Assembly: GCF_006345805.1 (NCBI RefSeq)
Contig: NC_043016.1
Span: 15,748,001-15,812,000 of the forward strand
Direction of reading: 5' to 3'
Origin: Octopus sinensis
Taxonomy: Eukaryota
Length of the DNA: 64,000 nucleotides
In this document: piece by piece, positions 1-12,567 of the stretch
How the letters are laid out: each line of letters begins with the position of its first letter
Numbering within the stretch: the first letter of the stretch is position 1
Translations under genes and position numbers: made by a program
Notes under the pieces: generated by a model
What the model was told of the DNA's origin: nothing
Databases searched by the model: none
The model's input: only the letters and a program-made list of their open reading frames with translations

Positions 1-63
1 CAGTCAAATCGTCCAACCCATCCATGCTAGCATGGAAAGCGGACGCTAAACGATGGTGATGAT
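1..63 (+). mobile_element. 3' end of RTE-type retroposon with (GAT)n tail
   Basis: ccatgctagcatggaaagcggacgctaaacgatggtgatgat, the family tail repeated many times in the window. Confidence 0.75.
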
Positions 64-928
64 CTTGGTGGTTCTTTGTATGAGACCTTTCTTTATTTCC
101 TTTTGTCGACCTCAGTTTTCTTTTTGTCTCATTAATAAATTTGTAATTTCTTTTTATTTCTGCCAAAGTTACTGGTAGTTCACACATGATGTTCCACATC
201 ACTTTTTTTGTTTCTGCTTCCACTCTTAGCACTGCTATTATGGTGTCTTCCAGTGGTTCGTTATTTCTCGGAATTAACCTAGACAGAGTATCAGCATGCC
301 CCAACTTTTTTGAAGACAGATATTCCAACCTGTAATTGTAGTTTAACAGAATGGTACCCTGCCGCTGCAGTCTGTTTGCCGACACATATACAATATGGGT
401 TTCACAAAGTTTTGCTCAGCCTGGAGCTAGAGTAGAAAATACTTGCTCAATGGAACTGAACTTGAAATCATTTGGTTAGGAAGTGAACTTCTTAACCCAA
501 CAGCTATGCTTTTGTGTGTGTGTGTGTGTGCGTGCAAATCTGCCATCATCATTTAATGTCTGTTTCCTGCATGCTGGCATAGTTTGGATGGTTTGTGTGA
601 ATGTTGATTCCCTGTCATCTCATGTAGCAGGATATGGTTCCATGTATCCTTGCGAAACTGACATCGTTTTCATTCTCCAATAAAGTAATTACTTTATGGG
701 TCTGTGGACTTGTGAAAACCAGTGAAATAAAACAATTCCTTACTTGGTCACCAAAAAGGAATTGGTTAGAAGAGCATCATGATTTCTTAAGTGCATTTGA
801 ATTCCATGTAGACAAGGTAATAAATCTTTGGGTTTTTTTTGGCAGGACTCTCAAATAAATGTTGTTCATTTTTAATTAATGTTTAAAAATATACTGTTCT
901 ATAATAAATTTTTTTTTTTAAATTTTAG

Positions 929-1551
929 CCTCCATTACCTGAGGTTCTTATTAATCTTCATTGTGAAAAAAAGGAATTTATCCCATACTTTCTTAACTAT
1001 TTAAGAGATCAAACTTTTCATTTGCTCCATAACTCTAAATCAGTAAGCCCTTCACCTTCGAAATGTGATTCCAGCACACCTGTGACTACTTCAAAAAGGT
1101 CAAGGTCATCTTGCACAAGAACTCAGTTATTTCCAAATTCAGATTTTTGCAGAAATTCAGATAATTATGCAGAAAATTTCCCAAAATTAAATGCAGAAAC
1201 ATCACCTGATCATTTGGGGACAAGTATGAAATCATATCTTTCAAATACAACCTTGACTACTGTTGAAAATTTAACAATCCGTAAACGTTCAAAGAAAGTT
1301 CCAAATAAAAAGACATCTTACCCTATTGAAACAGCAGTGGACAACAACAAAGAAGTTCACATTAATTCAGTCAACATTGAGAGAGATTCATCGTCATGTT
1401 CATCTTGCAAATTGTCCAATCAAAAAAAGCGTAACTGGAAAACACCACATAATGATAAAAAATGCCAAAACCAAAAACACAAATTGGAAAGCTCCGGACA
1501 TCCAAGAAATCAAGTTTTAGCAACTTTTTTAGATCAAGCTGTTATTACATA
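929..1551 (+). CDS. CDAN1: Codanin-1 coding exon 1 in window (internal exon; ATG exon probably upstream)
   Basis: T-rich tract + AG at 927-928; translates PPLPEVLINLHCEKKEFIPYFLNYLRDQT (cf. human CDAN1 RKEFVPFLLNFLREQS), contains RTQLFP (human RSQLFP) and ENFPKL; donor TA|GTAAGT, phase 2. Confidence 0.9.
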
Positions 1552-1791
1552 GTAAGTTTTTTAATTTAATTTCTTATAATTCTTTAATATTTTTCCTTTG
1601 ATTCCTTTTGTGATTTTTTGATGTTAATTGGATTCCATGAATCTGAATGTTGGACTGTTTATATATTTTGTAGTTTTTGATTATTATTAAACAACAATTA
1701 AATTAAATTTGAGTAAAGTTTAAAAAGAAAGATGAACACGTACTTCATCATGATCTTTTATCAATGAATTGTTAAACATTTTTGTATTCAG

Positions 1792-1977
1792 CCAAAATTG
1801 TATGAAACCATCTCGACGAATTAAACCTACTCCAGTGCAAGCAGGAATGGAGCGTAAACAAAACCAAGCTTTTATTGAATCTTCAGAAAATAAATGCAAT
1901 TCTATATCTTTAAGAAATGAGGAAAATAAACATAATGGATCATCGACAAGTTTTCAGGAAGAAAGAGCTTTGTTAAA
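1792..1977 (+). CDS. CDAN1: Codanin-1 exon 2 (B-domain KPSRRIKPTPV; FQEERALLK helix)
   Basis: CAG acceptor 1789-1791; TA+C=Tyr joins previous exon; KPSRRIKPTPV vs human KPSRRINPTPV; donor AA|GTGAGT. Confidence 0.95.
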
Positions 1978-2046
1978 GTGAGTTTTCTCCGATATTTATT
2001 TTCCCCCATCTAGCCATTATTTTTTTATAATCTACACTTTCATTAA

Positions 2047-2266
2047 TCCATCAGCATTCAGATTATCTCTATCAAATGTAATGCTTATTTATTCCCATTG
2101 ATTTGAATTAGTCATGCATTATCTGTAGCTTAGAGATTTCGAAAATGTGATTGTTTATTTTTAGAATGACATTGCAGGGTGGGTGTGAGATGCTGGATTT
2201 GACCATTTTGAACATAAAGCAAGTAGAATATTTGAGTGGGAAATGGCCTGTTTAAATGCTAAAGGG
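2047..2266. mobile_element. piggyBac-type MITE, family A (TTAA TSD)
   Basis: TTAA 2043-2046 and 2267-2270; right end aatgctaaaggg; homologous copies at about 14900-15060, 17140-17354, 26770-26930, 30462-30681, 31720-31922, 54394-54580. Confidence 0.7.
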
Positions 2267-2489
2267 TTAAATGGCTTATGCGATTCCTTAAACTAACAGT
2301 AAATATAAAATAACAGTAAGTTTATTCTTTAAAATTGTTTAATATGTTGACAGATGTGAATCAAAAGTATAGTGTGGTATTTGTATTAAAGTTAAATGTT
2401 ATAAACTTTATGAAATGAAAATGACAAGAATACTCCATTTAATTTGATGTTTGACAGTTTCGTGATTTTGTGATTTTTGGAAACAATTG

Positions 2490-4355
2490 AGGAGATCGTG
2501 GATAAAGCCCACGGAAGAGGGAGACCCGGGAAGAGGTGGGATGAAGTGGTAAGGACCGATCGCAGGATGTTGGGCCTCACAGAGGAAATGACCATGGACC
2601 AAGATATCTGACAATACGAAGTTCTAGAGAAGACCTACCCATGTCTGCAAAACGGTGTTCTAAAAGTGCTGTGTGTCCCACCCACACTTAAGAAAATTTC
2701 TCACACATTCTACCAAAACAAATCGAACTACGTCTCTACATCTCTTCTCTTCCTCTCGTTTCCACTTCATTCTAGAGAAGACCTACCCATGTCAACAAAA
2801 CGGTGTTCTAAAAGTGCTGTGTGTCCCACCCACACTTAAGAAAATTTCTCACACATTCTACCATAACAAATCGAACTACGTCTCTACATCTCTTCTCTTC
2901 CTCTCATTTCCACTTCATTCTAGAGAAGACCTACCCATGTCAACAAAACGGTGTTCTAAAAGTGCTGTGTGTCCCACCCACACTTAAGAAAATTTCTCAC
3001 ACATTCTACCATAACAAATTGAACTACGTCTCTACATCTCTTCTCTTCCTCTCATTTCCACTTCATTCTAGAGAAGATCCGCCCATGTCTGCAAAACGGT
3101 GTTCTAAAAGTGCTGTGTGTCCCACCCACACTTAAGAAAATTTCTCACACATTCTACCAAAACAAATCGAACTACGTCTCTACATCTCTTCCTCTCATTT
3201 CCACTTCATTCTAGAGAAGATCCGCCCATGTCTGCAAAACGGTGTTCTAAAAGTGTTGTGTGTCCCACCCACACTTAACAAGGAAACTTCTCACACACTC
3301 TACCACAACAAACCAAACTACATCTCTACTCTTAATCGCATTTCTGCTTCATGCACTATCCTTACCTCTCACTCCCCAATCCTGTCTTCTTGACCCTATG
3401 CCACTGTATTATTGTTCTCCACTAACCCCTGACCTGTGTGTTCTACCCACACACCCTGTCTCACTGTATCATTGCTATCTGCTAGCCTCCTGACCTGTGT
3501 GTTCCACCCACATGTAACAAGAAAACTTTCCACTCACCCTACCCCAACAACCCAATCTACATCTATGCCTAGCTCTCACTCCCCAATCCTGTCCTCACAG
3601 CCCTGTTCCTCTGTATCATTGCTATTCAGTAGCACCCTACCCACCGACTCTGTGTGTGTCCAGGTTTTCGCCCCCACCCTGCACTCTTTAATCACACTTA
3701 TGTCGCAGTATCCTACCACTTATGTTATAGGGTTTCAAACCTCAATGGTATGCCCTGGCACTTGCTACCATCTATATTTCTCTCTTCCTGTACTCAACCA
3801 TCCCATTTATATTCTGATTCCCATCTCTTGTGAATATTCCTGGCATTTTGCCACCATCTCTATCCTGCTGTCTCCCTCTCCTTCTCCTACACTTCCCTCA
3901 GGTTGGATAACAATGTATCTCCTTTATGGTACTGCACTTGTTTCTGTCTTCATTCCTGATCTCTCCCTCTCTCCGGCTGGATAACCTTGTACTTCCTCTA
4001 CAGCAAGAAACCTGTTTCTGCCTCACTATAACCTTTCATCATCTAACACAAGATCATCTCCTCCAATGCCCCCTCCTCTCACGAAAATTTTTTTGTCTTG
4101 CAAGTACTTGGTGACCCTGTCAGTGCAGGTGCCACTTAAAAACACCCACTCCACACTGTAAAGTGGTTGACGTTTGGAAGGGCCTTGTCTATGCTTGTGC
4201 CACGTAAAAAGCACTAAGTCCACTCTGCTGAGTGATTGGTGTTTGGAAGGGCATCCAGCTGCAAAAATCACAGAAGTCTGGTGTGGCCAGCTCTTGTGAA
4301 ACTGTCCCACCCATTCTAGCATGGAAGGTGGACATTAAACAAGGATGGTGATGAC
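2490..4355 (+). mobile_element. 5'-truncated RTE-type LINE (ORF2 C-terminus + long 3'UTR + GAT tail)
   Basis: GRGRPGKRWDEVVRTDRRMLGLTEEM at about 2515-2590 is typical of an RTE ORF2 C-terminus; 3800-4130 resembles the inverted copy at 44740-45110; ends ...gatggtgatga. Confidence 0.7.
2623..3330 (+). repeat. 148-bp tandem repeat (about 4.7 copies)
   Basis: unit starts tctagagaag at 2623, 2771, 2919, 3067, 3210; near-identical units. Confidence 0.95.
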
Positions 4356-4574
4356 TTTAGTGAGAGGTAAAGTATAAATTAAGAGAAAGCATGTCAACAA
4401 GTTAGTTTGTGCAGAAGTAGAATAATGCAAACCATTAATTTGAAAAGGCACAATTTATTATTTTAAGTTAAACTGAAAGGATAGAAAGAAGACAATCATC
4501 CAGGCATTGAACATTTTATTTTATGGTATCATTCTGCTTTGAAACTGATATCTTTGGGCCACTGAATTTCTGGC

Positions 4575-5392
4575 CTCAGCTGTTACTGTGCTGAAGCTAA
4601 AGCACCCAGAGTGAAGTCGCTTGGCACAGATTGACCTTAAACTCTGCTGTTTACAGCATTGCTTGGAAGGAAGGTGTGTAGCGTGTGATCATCACATTGA
4701 CCATGACAGAGAAAGTTGTCATGTTGATACTTGCTGAGAGGCCTATACAAGGTTGCAGAAAGAGTGTGGAGAGGAGTGTGCAAGCTGCACACAAGTGTAC
4801 GAGTGGTTCAGACGTTTCCAAGATGGCTGGAAAATGTTGATAGTGACGAACATTTTGAGAGACCCACAGCCAGCAGAACTGAGAAAGACATCACACATGT
4901 GCATCCAGCTGTGAGGGGAAATTGACAAATCACCATCCATAAACTATCAGAGGATGTGCAGATTAGTTACGGTTCAGTTCAGTCCATTATCACTGAAGAT
5001 TTGGGTAAGAGACATATGTCTGCTAAGTTTGTGCCAAAACTACTTTCAGTTGACCAAAAAGACACTTGGGTTCCAGTTGCACAAGATCTCCTTGATTGTG
5101 TCAAGAACAATGAAAACTTTGCATAGGCCTCTGAGCAGGTATCACCAAGCTTTTGGCAAAATTTGATGCAGATTCTCTGCTCAACTTTCTCTCTCATGGT
5201 CAATGCAATGATCACATGCTACACACCTTTCTTCCAAACACTGCTGTTAACAGCAAAAGTGAGCTAGAATGTTAAAACTTTGTGTGCATGCACAGCAGAG
5301 TTCAAGGTGAATCTGTGCCAAGTGGTTTCATTCTATGTGCTTTAACCTTATTACTATGGCAACAGCCTGGATACTTATTGATCAGACCACAT
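4575..5392. mobile_element. Degenerate mariner: two 5' portions in inverted orientation
   Basis: + strand VQSIITEDLGKRHMSAKFVPKLLSVDQK (WVPxxL-type linker); - strand MREKVEQRICIKFCQKLG (mariner N-terminal HTH); TIR-like tatgtggtctgatcaataagtatcc at right end. Confidence 0.8.
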
Positions 5393-5642
5393 ATGTGTAT
5401 ATTAATTTATGAGTTCATCAACTTTAGTTCACATTTGCGATTCATTACAGATAACTAATTACAGAGTTTAGAACAATGAAGCATTTTGAAATTTTATTTT
5501 TTAAACTTAGATTGTTGGGAAAAAAAACAAATAATAATTTGTAGAGTTGGGCTTAACCTTTTAAAAATAAATATGAAATTGTAAAACAACTATAAAAAAA
5601 TATTTGTAACATATTTTTTTTTTGATAAATATATTTTTTCAG

Positions 5643-5830
5643 AATAGAGAAAGCAAAACTTCTTGAGGCTACAAATGTTCCCTGGAATATTACACCGTCT
5701 TCCTTCAACCATTCACCAATCAAGAATTCAAATGTTGAACAAGGCGAGATGATTGAAGCGAACTTGTCTCTTGTTACTAACCACCAAAAACTCGACACTC
5801 TTAGCAAAATCTATTCTGAGTGTCTTTATG
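5643..5830 (+). CDS. CDAN1: Codanin-1 exon 3
   Basis: ttttttcag acceptor; IEKAKLL...EANLSLVTNHQKLDTLSKIYSECLY (human [24 protein letters not shown]); donor G|GTAATT. Confidence 0.9.
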
Positions 5831-6479
5831 GTAATTTTTCACTTTTCTGGAATGTCATTTTGACTCCTTTGTAAATGATAATCAGTGTAGACTTAAAGAT
5901 TTGCAATGATATATTCATTGGTTCATGCCTACATTAAAGTTTTTTGACACAGATTTATAGAGTTGATATTAAGTGTGAACATGTGCAGAAGAATGTGGGC
6001 TGGAAAGGAATTTCAGAGGGATAATATTCTGGGAGGAAGTGAGTGACCATAATGATGTGTGTGCAGAGCATTAGGAGGTGGGACAGTATGGGTTTTAAAA
6101 GGAGGAGAGACAGGTGTATTGAATGGGTTTGAGTGCAGGTGATATGAAACTCCTTAAGAACAGGGATTTTGTAACAATAAACTAGTGAGAAGAGTTAAAG
6201 GCATAGGCTAGTGATTTAGGGTATTGGTGAGTGTGTCTTTGCTAATCAGTTTGAAGATTTCTGTTGGACATGGGCTGAGATGTTTGTCTAAGGTGCCTAG
6301 TTGGCAGAGTTAAACATCTGGTGGTATACCTTGTATTAAAAAGTCAATAAAGTAGTGGTCAAGTGCTGAGGTCAAATACTTCTTTCTGAAGAAAAAGAAA
6401 TCAGCAGGATGGGTTTTGCTCTGTTCAAAGTATCTATATCATACCATTTGTCCTGTTGGTGTTTGTATGACTTTAGGCA

Positions 6480-6753
6480 AAGTAGCTGAGCTCCTTTCGA
6501 GTGCTGGGCCTCATGGAAGCAATGACTGAAATCTTTGGCATTGTGTTGTGCTTGAGAAGAAAACCCGTCCAAACTCTGCAAAATCGCAGTCATGGAAGAT
6601 ACCGGTATCACACAAATTGGCACCCATGCTGGTGGCACGTAAAAGCACCCATTACACTCTCAGAGTGTAATGGGCATTAGGAAGGGCATCCGGCCATAGA
6701 AGACCATGCCAAATTAGACTGGAGTTTGGTGCAGCCTTCCAGTGTGCCAGCCC
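6480..6753 (+). mobile_element. RTE-type retroposon 3' fragment with (GAT)n tail
   Basis: ggcattaggaagggcatcc...catgccagcatggacaacagatgttaaatgatgatgatgatgat. Confidence 0.8.
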
Positions 6754-7116
6754 AGTCAAACCATCCAACCCATGCCAGCATGGACAACAGATGTTAAATG
6801 ATGATGATGATGATATGTTTCTATGACTTCAAGAATTGAGGGTTCAAGAAAAGAATATGTTTGTGTGCAAAGCAGTAGCATTGTCATAGATAAGCTTTTA
6901 GAAAATCAGTTTGGGGTTTAGATGCTAGTGGAGCAAAATTGCTTCTTGAGAAATGCTAGACATTTTGGATTGTTAGGTTGGAGATATGTAAAGGAAAAAA
7001 ATTTGCTTATGTTCAGATGAAAAGTATTGTGAATTGTAAAATGGTATAATTATGTGAATCTCATTACTATTTTAAGTGGTCTGTAGTATGGTTTCATTAT
7101 TTATTATCTTGGATTA

Positions 7117-7490
7117 AGGTGGCGAGCTGGGAGAATTGTTACCATATTTGCAGCATTTCTTCTGGCTTAAACCCTCTCATTACCATATTTCTGTTGAAAT
7201 ACACTGCCTTTCTTTCAATTCATTCTGAGAACAATAAAAAATTTCCTCAACATGAGTAACATTGTTAAGCTTTGGTTTGGAACGTAAACTGAAATTTTGA
7301 TGGAAGATTTTAATTTAGATCACTTCAAAATGTGAAGTTTGTATCATAGAACCAAGGTCAGTTTCAGGCAGGCTGGTATCTAAAGGGTTAACCCCTTTTG
7401 GGGTTAAGAAAATAGATACCAGTTAAGCAGTGAGGGTGAATGTAATCAACTTCCCCATCCCCTCAAAATTGCTGGCCTTGTGCCAAAACT
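7117..7490 (+). mobile_element. Degenerate tRNA-derived SINE interrupted by piggyBac-type MITE family B (about 7172-7387)
   Basis: SINE head ggtggcgagctggg and tail ...cttttggggttaa...taccagtt...ggccttgtgccaaaa flank TTAA(A)ccct...aaagggTTAA. Confidence 0.65.
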
Positions 7491-7659
7491 TTGTCATTTG
7501 TGTTATTGTGTCACTCTTTATATTTTTATCAACATTCATGTGCATCAGGAAAAATGTTGTTTCCTACTCTTTCTAAATCTCTCTTTCTCTTCTTAAATTA
7601 AGTTCTAAACTACAGTCAAATTTATGATTCTGACATGTTTATATTTTTTCAAATTTCAG

Positions 7660-7758
7660 CTGCACTTTTTCCCAGTTTGACTGTAGAGATATTTTTCCTT
7701 GTGCAGTTGTTAGTAGCAAAAATTTCAGAAAAGGCTGTTACAGATTCTACACCAAATA
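7660..7758 (+). CDS. CDAN1: Codanin-1 exon 4
   Basis: tttcag acceptor; AALFPSLTVEIFFLVQLLVAK (human [20 protein letters not shown]); donor A|GTAAAT. Confidence 0.9.
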
Positions 7759-9154
7759 GTAAATATTTTTGTTTTTCTTCATTTATTATTCAATTATTGA
7801 GATTTAGAAAGAAAGTAGCAAAAGAGAAAAGATTATCTATTTGTATTTTTTTGTTATATTACTTCAAAAGTAGTAATGATAGTGTAAATGTTTTACTATA
7901 TGTAGCATGCTGCTTTGTAGTTTTGACTTTAAAACCTGTGAGAATTTTCTTCAATTTTTATTCCTTTGAATATCAATAAAAATTGGCTGAAAATAATAGA
8001 AAACAGATGATAATTTATCTATGTGGTATCATCAGTGTTATCTCTCAGTGGGTGATTGACTCTCACAAAAACTATTTAATTTGAGAACTATTTAAGATCT
8101 TTAACAGAGTTCATTCTGTTGCAAACATTTACATGAGATTAATGACCTGACAGTAGCATAGTATATTGATGTGTTACTTTTGACTTCATATTCCTTTTTT
8201 GTTGTGCTGCATTTAGTGGTTGACGAGGAGATAAGGAACCTGTAAGGTGTGAATTTCCCCGAACCACCACTACTCTGTAATAACCCTAAAGGTCAGTTGC
8301 TGCAAAGGAATCTCCTAAGAGCTGATATTGAAAAGGTTGTCCAGTTGATAGGGCAGCCTCCCTGCTGTTGTCCATAGGTTCAGACTGCCGTTGTATCTTA
8401 ATGGTCACCTTTGTTTGAAGATGCAGTTGGAAGAGATTTTCTAATGGAGGTCCATATCAGAACTGGGGCCTAAACTTAATGGTAGTTATAAGATAGATGT
8501 TTATCATCATCATCGTTCATCATTTCCCACTATCGCTGCCTGCAGCTGAATCTGCACTAAGATGAGATAGTTGCCTCCATCATATGAATCTATGGTGTTG
8601 GACATACCTCATATTTGTTTCATCAGCCATACTCTTCTGTTTTGGCTTTGGACATGTTGGAAGAGGGTATCAATTTTGGAGTTTTCCTTCTCCGAGATTG
8701 ATTGCTTTCACCACAGCAAAGGAGCTCAATCTACCTTTACAAGAATGAATTCCACTCAAAGATGGGACCCTGATAGGTACTGCCATTCTGGATCAGAATG
8801 GCTCTTGTGGACGGGGGTTAACTCCATCCTCCCCACAACTCCAGAATGCCCAAACTGGACCCTCACCACTGGATGCAGTTTAATGTATATCATAATTTAT
8901 AGTGAATTATATATAAAAAATAAATGTTAAAACAGCAATTAATTGACATATTAAATTATTTTCTTTTATAACAGAACCATATTTAAATGGTTTAATGGTT
9001 TCTTGTAAAATTTTGACTGTTAATTCTGCATATATATATAATCAAACTTCAGATTTAATCAATTTCCCAAAAAAAGCTTGCTTCAATGAGACCTGCTTCT
9101 TTCCCCTTTATTTCTTTGAACTATTCCTGATGATTCTAATTTCTTTTCATAAAG

Positions 9155-9233
9155 ATTGCTCGGGTCACAACTATTTGAAAAATATCCACAACATTGTGTA
9201 CTTCAGTGTGCAAGTATTGCAGAATTTGTTACC
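9155..9233 (+). CDS. CDAN1: Codanin-1 exon 5
   Basis: AAG acceptor; NCSGHNYLKNIHNIVYFSVQVLQNLLP (human FQSIHDCVFFAVQVL); donor CC|GTAAGT. Confidence 0.85.
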
Positions 9234-9299
9234 GTAAGTTAATTGTTTCATACTTCTCTTTTCCACCTTATTTTCTGCATCATGTACTGTATGTATTTA

Positions 9300-10150
9300 T
9301 TATCATCATCACTATCATTTAACATCCATTTTCCATGCTGGCATGGGTTGGACAGTTTGACATGGAGCTGTCCAAACTCCAGTTGTCTGTTGTGTCATGG
9401 GTTCTATGACTGGATGCTCTTCCCAACACCAGAGTGCGCTGGGTGTTTTTTTATGCGCCACTGACACGGAGTGCGTGTACATAGCACCGCCATGACTGCA
9501 TTTTATGTGACACTAACACCTGCAAAAGACAAGCCTGTATGAATGGATGACAGCAATTTTACTGAGGTTGATGTGTCTTCTCAAATACGGGTAACCGCTA
9601 CATCTCCTCGTCCCTTTTCTCACCACTTCGTCACATGTCTTCCTGCGTCTACCCCATCCACGCACATCACATGACCATACCAGCACAGTCTTCTCTTTTG
9701 CCCACCACATCTGATGCCTCTCATACCCAGTTCTCCTCTTAAGTCATTTACACTCAGTTGTGTGTGTGTGTGTGTGTACAGTGACATTACCCATCCAGTG
9801 GAGCATGCTAGATTCATTTCTTTCAATCCTTCACAAGTCCTCTGTAGTCAAAGCCCATGTGTCACTGCCATGTAGCATAGCTGTACGTACACAGGCATCA
9901 TACAATCTGTCTTTCAATCTGAGGGAGAGGCCCTTAGTTACCAACAAAGATAGAAGCTCTCTGAACTTTGCCCAGCCTGTTCTTATTCTAGCAACTATGC
10001 TTTCAGAACTCCCCCCCCCTACTGCTAACTTGGTCAGCTCGGTAACAGAAGCTATCTACTACTTCTAATCATCCTTGCCGAGCATTTGAGAGTGTCTATT
10101 GCCTGCACATTTTTGGTGCTTATTGTACCTGTACATTTGCCACACATAAA
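9300..10150 (-). mobile_element. Degenerate RTE-type LINE 3' portion
   Basis: minus-strand LRGELGMRGIRCGGQKRRLCWYGHVMC and RRKTCDEVV; (ATC)n tail at about 9302. Confidence 0.8.
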
Positions 10151-10639
10151 GACCATATACTTCGTTATCACTACACCTCTTATGCATCCAAAGCTTGCAC
10201 CTACCACTGATTTTGTTACCATCATCACATTCTCAATTCCCCATTATTGTCCTCGTCTCTTCCACTCCCCAGTCAGTTGTAAACCAATAAACTACTATAA
10301 AGTCTCCTTTCATTTTTGTGTCACTTAGGCTACAGTCTGTCTACTGCTTAATCATTAATCAAAGTAAATAAGCATTGGTTTACAACAAGCAACTTTGTTT
10401 TCTCTTCTTGTGTTTAGTTTCAGTTCTAAGATGGATATTACAATCAAAGAAAACTATTAATCTTTGATACCAACCTGCCTCAGACATGTGCAATCTTACG
10501 ACTCAAAACTCCTAATTTTAGATTATTATGTTTACATTGAGATTCATCATAATTTTCTGGAGAAACTTTTTTTTATCTTTCAAATTCTTGATTATTTACA
10601 AGTTGTTGGAAGTTATAGGCAACACCAGGCATAGTGGTT

Positions 10640-11300
10640 AATGCAAATATTCATACTTTGCAGATACAATAATATGAGGGGGTGAAATAAGGTGGTGAAG
10701 AGTACCTGAGTGGAGGACACAAGACTAACCATCTCTGAGAAGGAAAGATCACTGTAGTATCAGTAGGGAAAACAAAGAGAGGAGGGACAACATATTTGTA
10801 GGGCAGGGGTCGATGAGCAATTTCATACCATTTAATTAGGTCATCTTGCAATGCACATTGGATGTCTACATGTGTAATATCAGCGCTGTCTTTGCATAGA
10901 GTTTTGGTAGTTGTTGGAGGAAGAAGCATTTTCTGGCTCTGAAGAGGAAATCCAGGCTTTGCAAAACAGCTTTTTTCACTAAGTTCATTTGTATGAAGAG
11001 ATTCTCAGCGATGTTGGGTAGGCCCAGCTTGATGTTCATATTCAGGTGTGGTTGGGTGCAATATAGTTTTCTTGAAATATGTAATTGTTGTATCTTTGTT
11101 CTTTTAAATGAAACAGGTCTGGTATGATCCCATTGAAGGATTTTTTTTAGGTTTTGTTCATAAAATTAATGCAGATAGATACCTTTGTCTCTAGAGCTGC
11201 AATCCCTTTCAGCTCTTTCTTGGTTATATTTTCCTTTCAAATGGTAACCCGTAGCAGTTCAAGCTGAATATCAACTCTATTGACTCATTAATTGATGGAG
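10640..11300 (-). mobile_element. Degenerate retroelement RT fragment (Penelope-like?)
   Basis: fragmentary minus-strand frames (LDFLFR / LLPPTTTKTL) with stops; weak recognition only. Confidence 0.35.
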
Positions 11301-11405
11301 TCTTGTAAAGAGATTCTTCAAAAAAAACTTTTAAAATTTTGTTTTTCTTTTAAAAAAAAGTATTAAAAAAACCCTGAAATTATTGTAATTTTCTCATCTT
11401 TTTAG

Positions 11406-11532
11406 GTTGCTGCCATTATTAGGGAAAACTATTTTAAGATTACTCTGTGACAATCCTAGAATTGGACATTTTTCATTATCATTGAAGAGTATTTTATGTC
11501 AACTTCATGAGACTGATTGTTCTTCATTACAG
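11406..11532 (+). CDS. CDAN1: Codanin-1 exon 6
   Basis: tttttag acceptor; LLPLLGKTILRLLCDNPRIGHFS (human [22 protein letters not shown]); donor CAG|GTATAT. Confidence 0.9.
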
Positions 11533-12158
11533 GTATATACTGTTTGTTTCTTTATTAAAAACAAATAATTTTTTTGTAATTCAATCCAAAAAATTAGTCT
11601 ATTAATTTTATTATCAATAGACTTGCAGATAGGAATTACTCGATGAGATTAGGTTGTTTGAATTGTTGAAGATGAATAATTGTAATAGAAAATATTGGTA
11701 ATTCCTGATGGTTGTAGTGAGACATTTAGGGTAAGTGTTAAGATGTGTTCAGTATATAGTACGATGGATGAGACAATAAATGAGTGACAAAAAGGAAAAA
11801 AACTGAGTGATAGTTGTTAATTTTAGTAGAGAGGCCTTTGCAGTAGCATTAGAAGCAATTCTGTGAGTAACTCTGAGCTTGTAGTTGTGTATTATGTTGG
11901 TGAGTAAAGGATTGGTTTATAAGTTTGCTTTTTTATGAGTGTGATCCACTTTGTGTTTAGAATAGTCCTGGGAAGAAACATCTGTAAGAAATAATTTAAA
12001 AGTATTTTATATTTTATATTCATGTTATTTGAATGTATCACATTTCTTCCAGAAACCCTGGACAACCTTCTCATATATTCTGTTTACTGTATCTATTTTA
12101 TAAAATAGTTTTAATTTTCTGAATCATTCTCTATTAACTGTTTCCATTTTTCTTACAG

Positions 12159-12271
12159 ATGTCTCCTGTTTTATTGCATTGTTCTATTGGAGGAGTCCCA
12201 TTCCAGGCAGAAACAGACAATCGTAATAATTTTCCTTCACCCAAAGCTTTTTCAACTTTTAGAGCACAACG
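12159..12271 (+). CDS. CDAN1: Codanin-1 exon 7
   Basis: cttacag acceptor; VPFQAETDNRNNFPSPKAFSTFRAQR (human [26 protein letters not shown]); donor CG|GTATGT. Confidence 0.95.
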
Positions 12272-12401
12272 GTATGTATACATAAATATTAGAATTGCAT
12301 AGTGTGTGTGTGAGGGGGGAGGGCATGTCTTTGAATTTGGAATGTTTTTGTTAAAGTATGTTTTGAATACATTCTATGAATTGTTTTAATAATTTTTCAA
12401 G

Positions 12402-12567
12402 GGATCATTTTTATGAGCTTATACGTGAATGGAAAGACAATCATGAGAAACCACAGTGGTCACTAACTTCCATGCTGAATAAAAAGATGCACTTGGTTCT
12501 GTCACCTGATTCAGAATTAGCAAATTATTGGCACCTTGCCAAATTATTTGTTTCACAGCTTATCATT
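12402..12567 (+). CDS. CDAN1: Codanin-1 exon 8
   Basis: AAG acceptor; DHFYELIREWKDNHEKPQW (human DVFYEVLREWEDHHEEPGW); donor ATT|GTAAGT. Confidence 0.95.

Noticed and set aside
1022-1552. Standalone 176-aa gene
   Set aside because: It is part of a CDAN1 exon; the apparent TAG is TA plus the first G of the intron
2623-3330. CRISPR-like or coding interpretation of the 148-bp array (two 104-aa ORFs)
   Set aside because: Units are contiguous with no unique spacers, the context is a eukaryotic intron, and the unit length is not a multiple of 3
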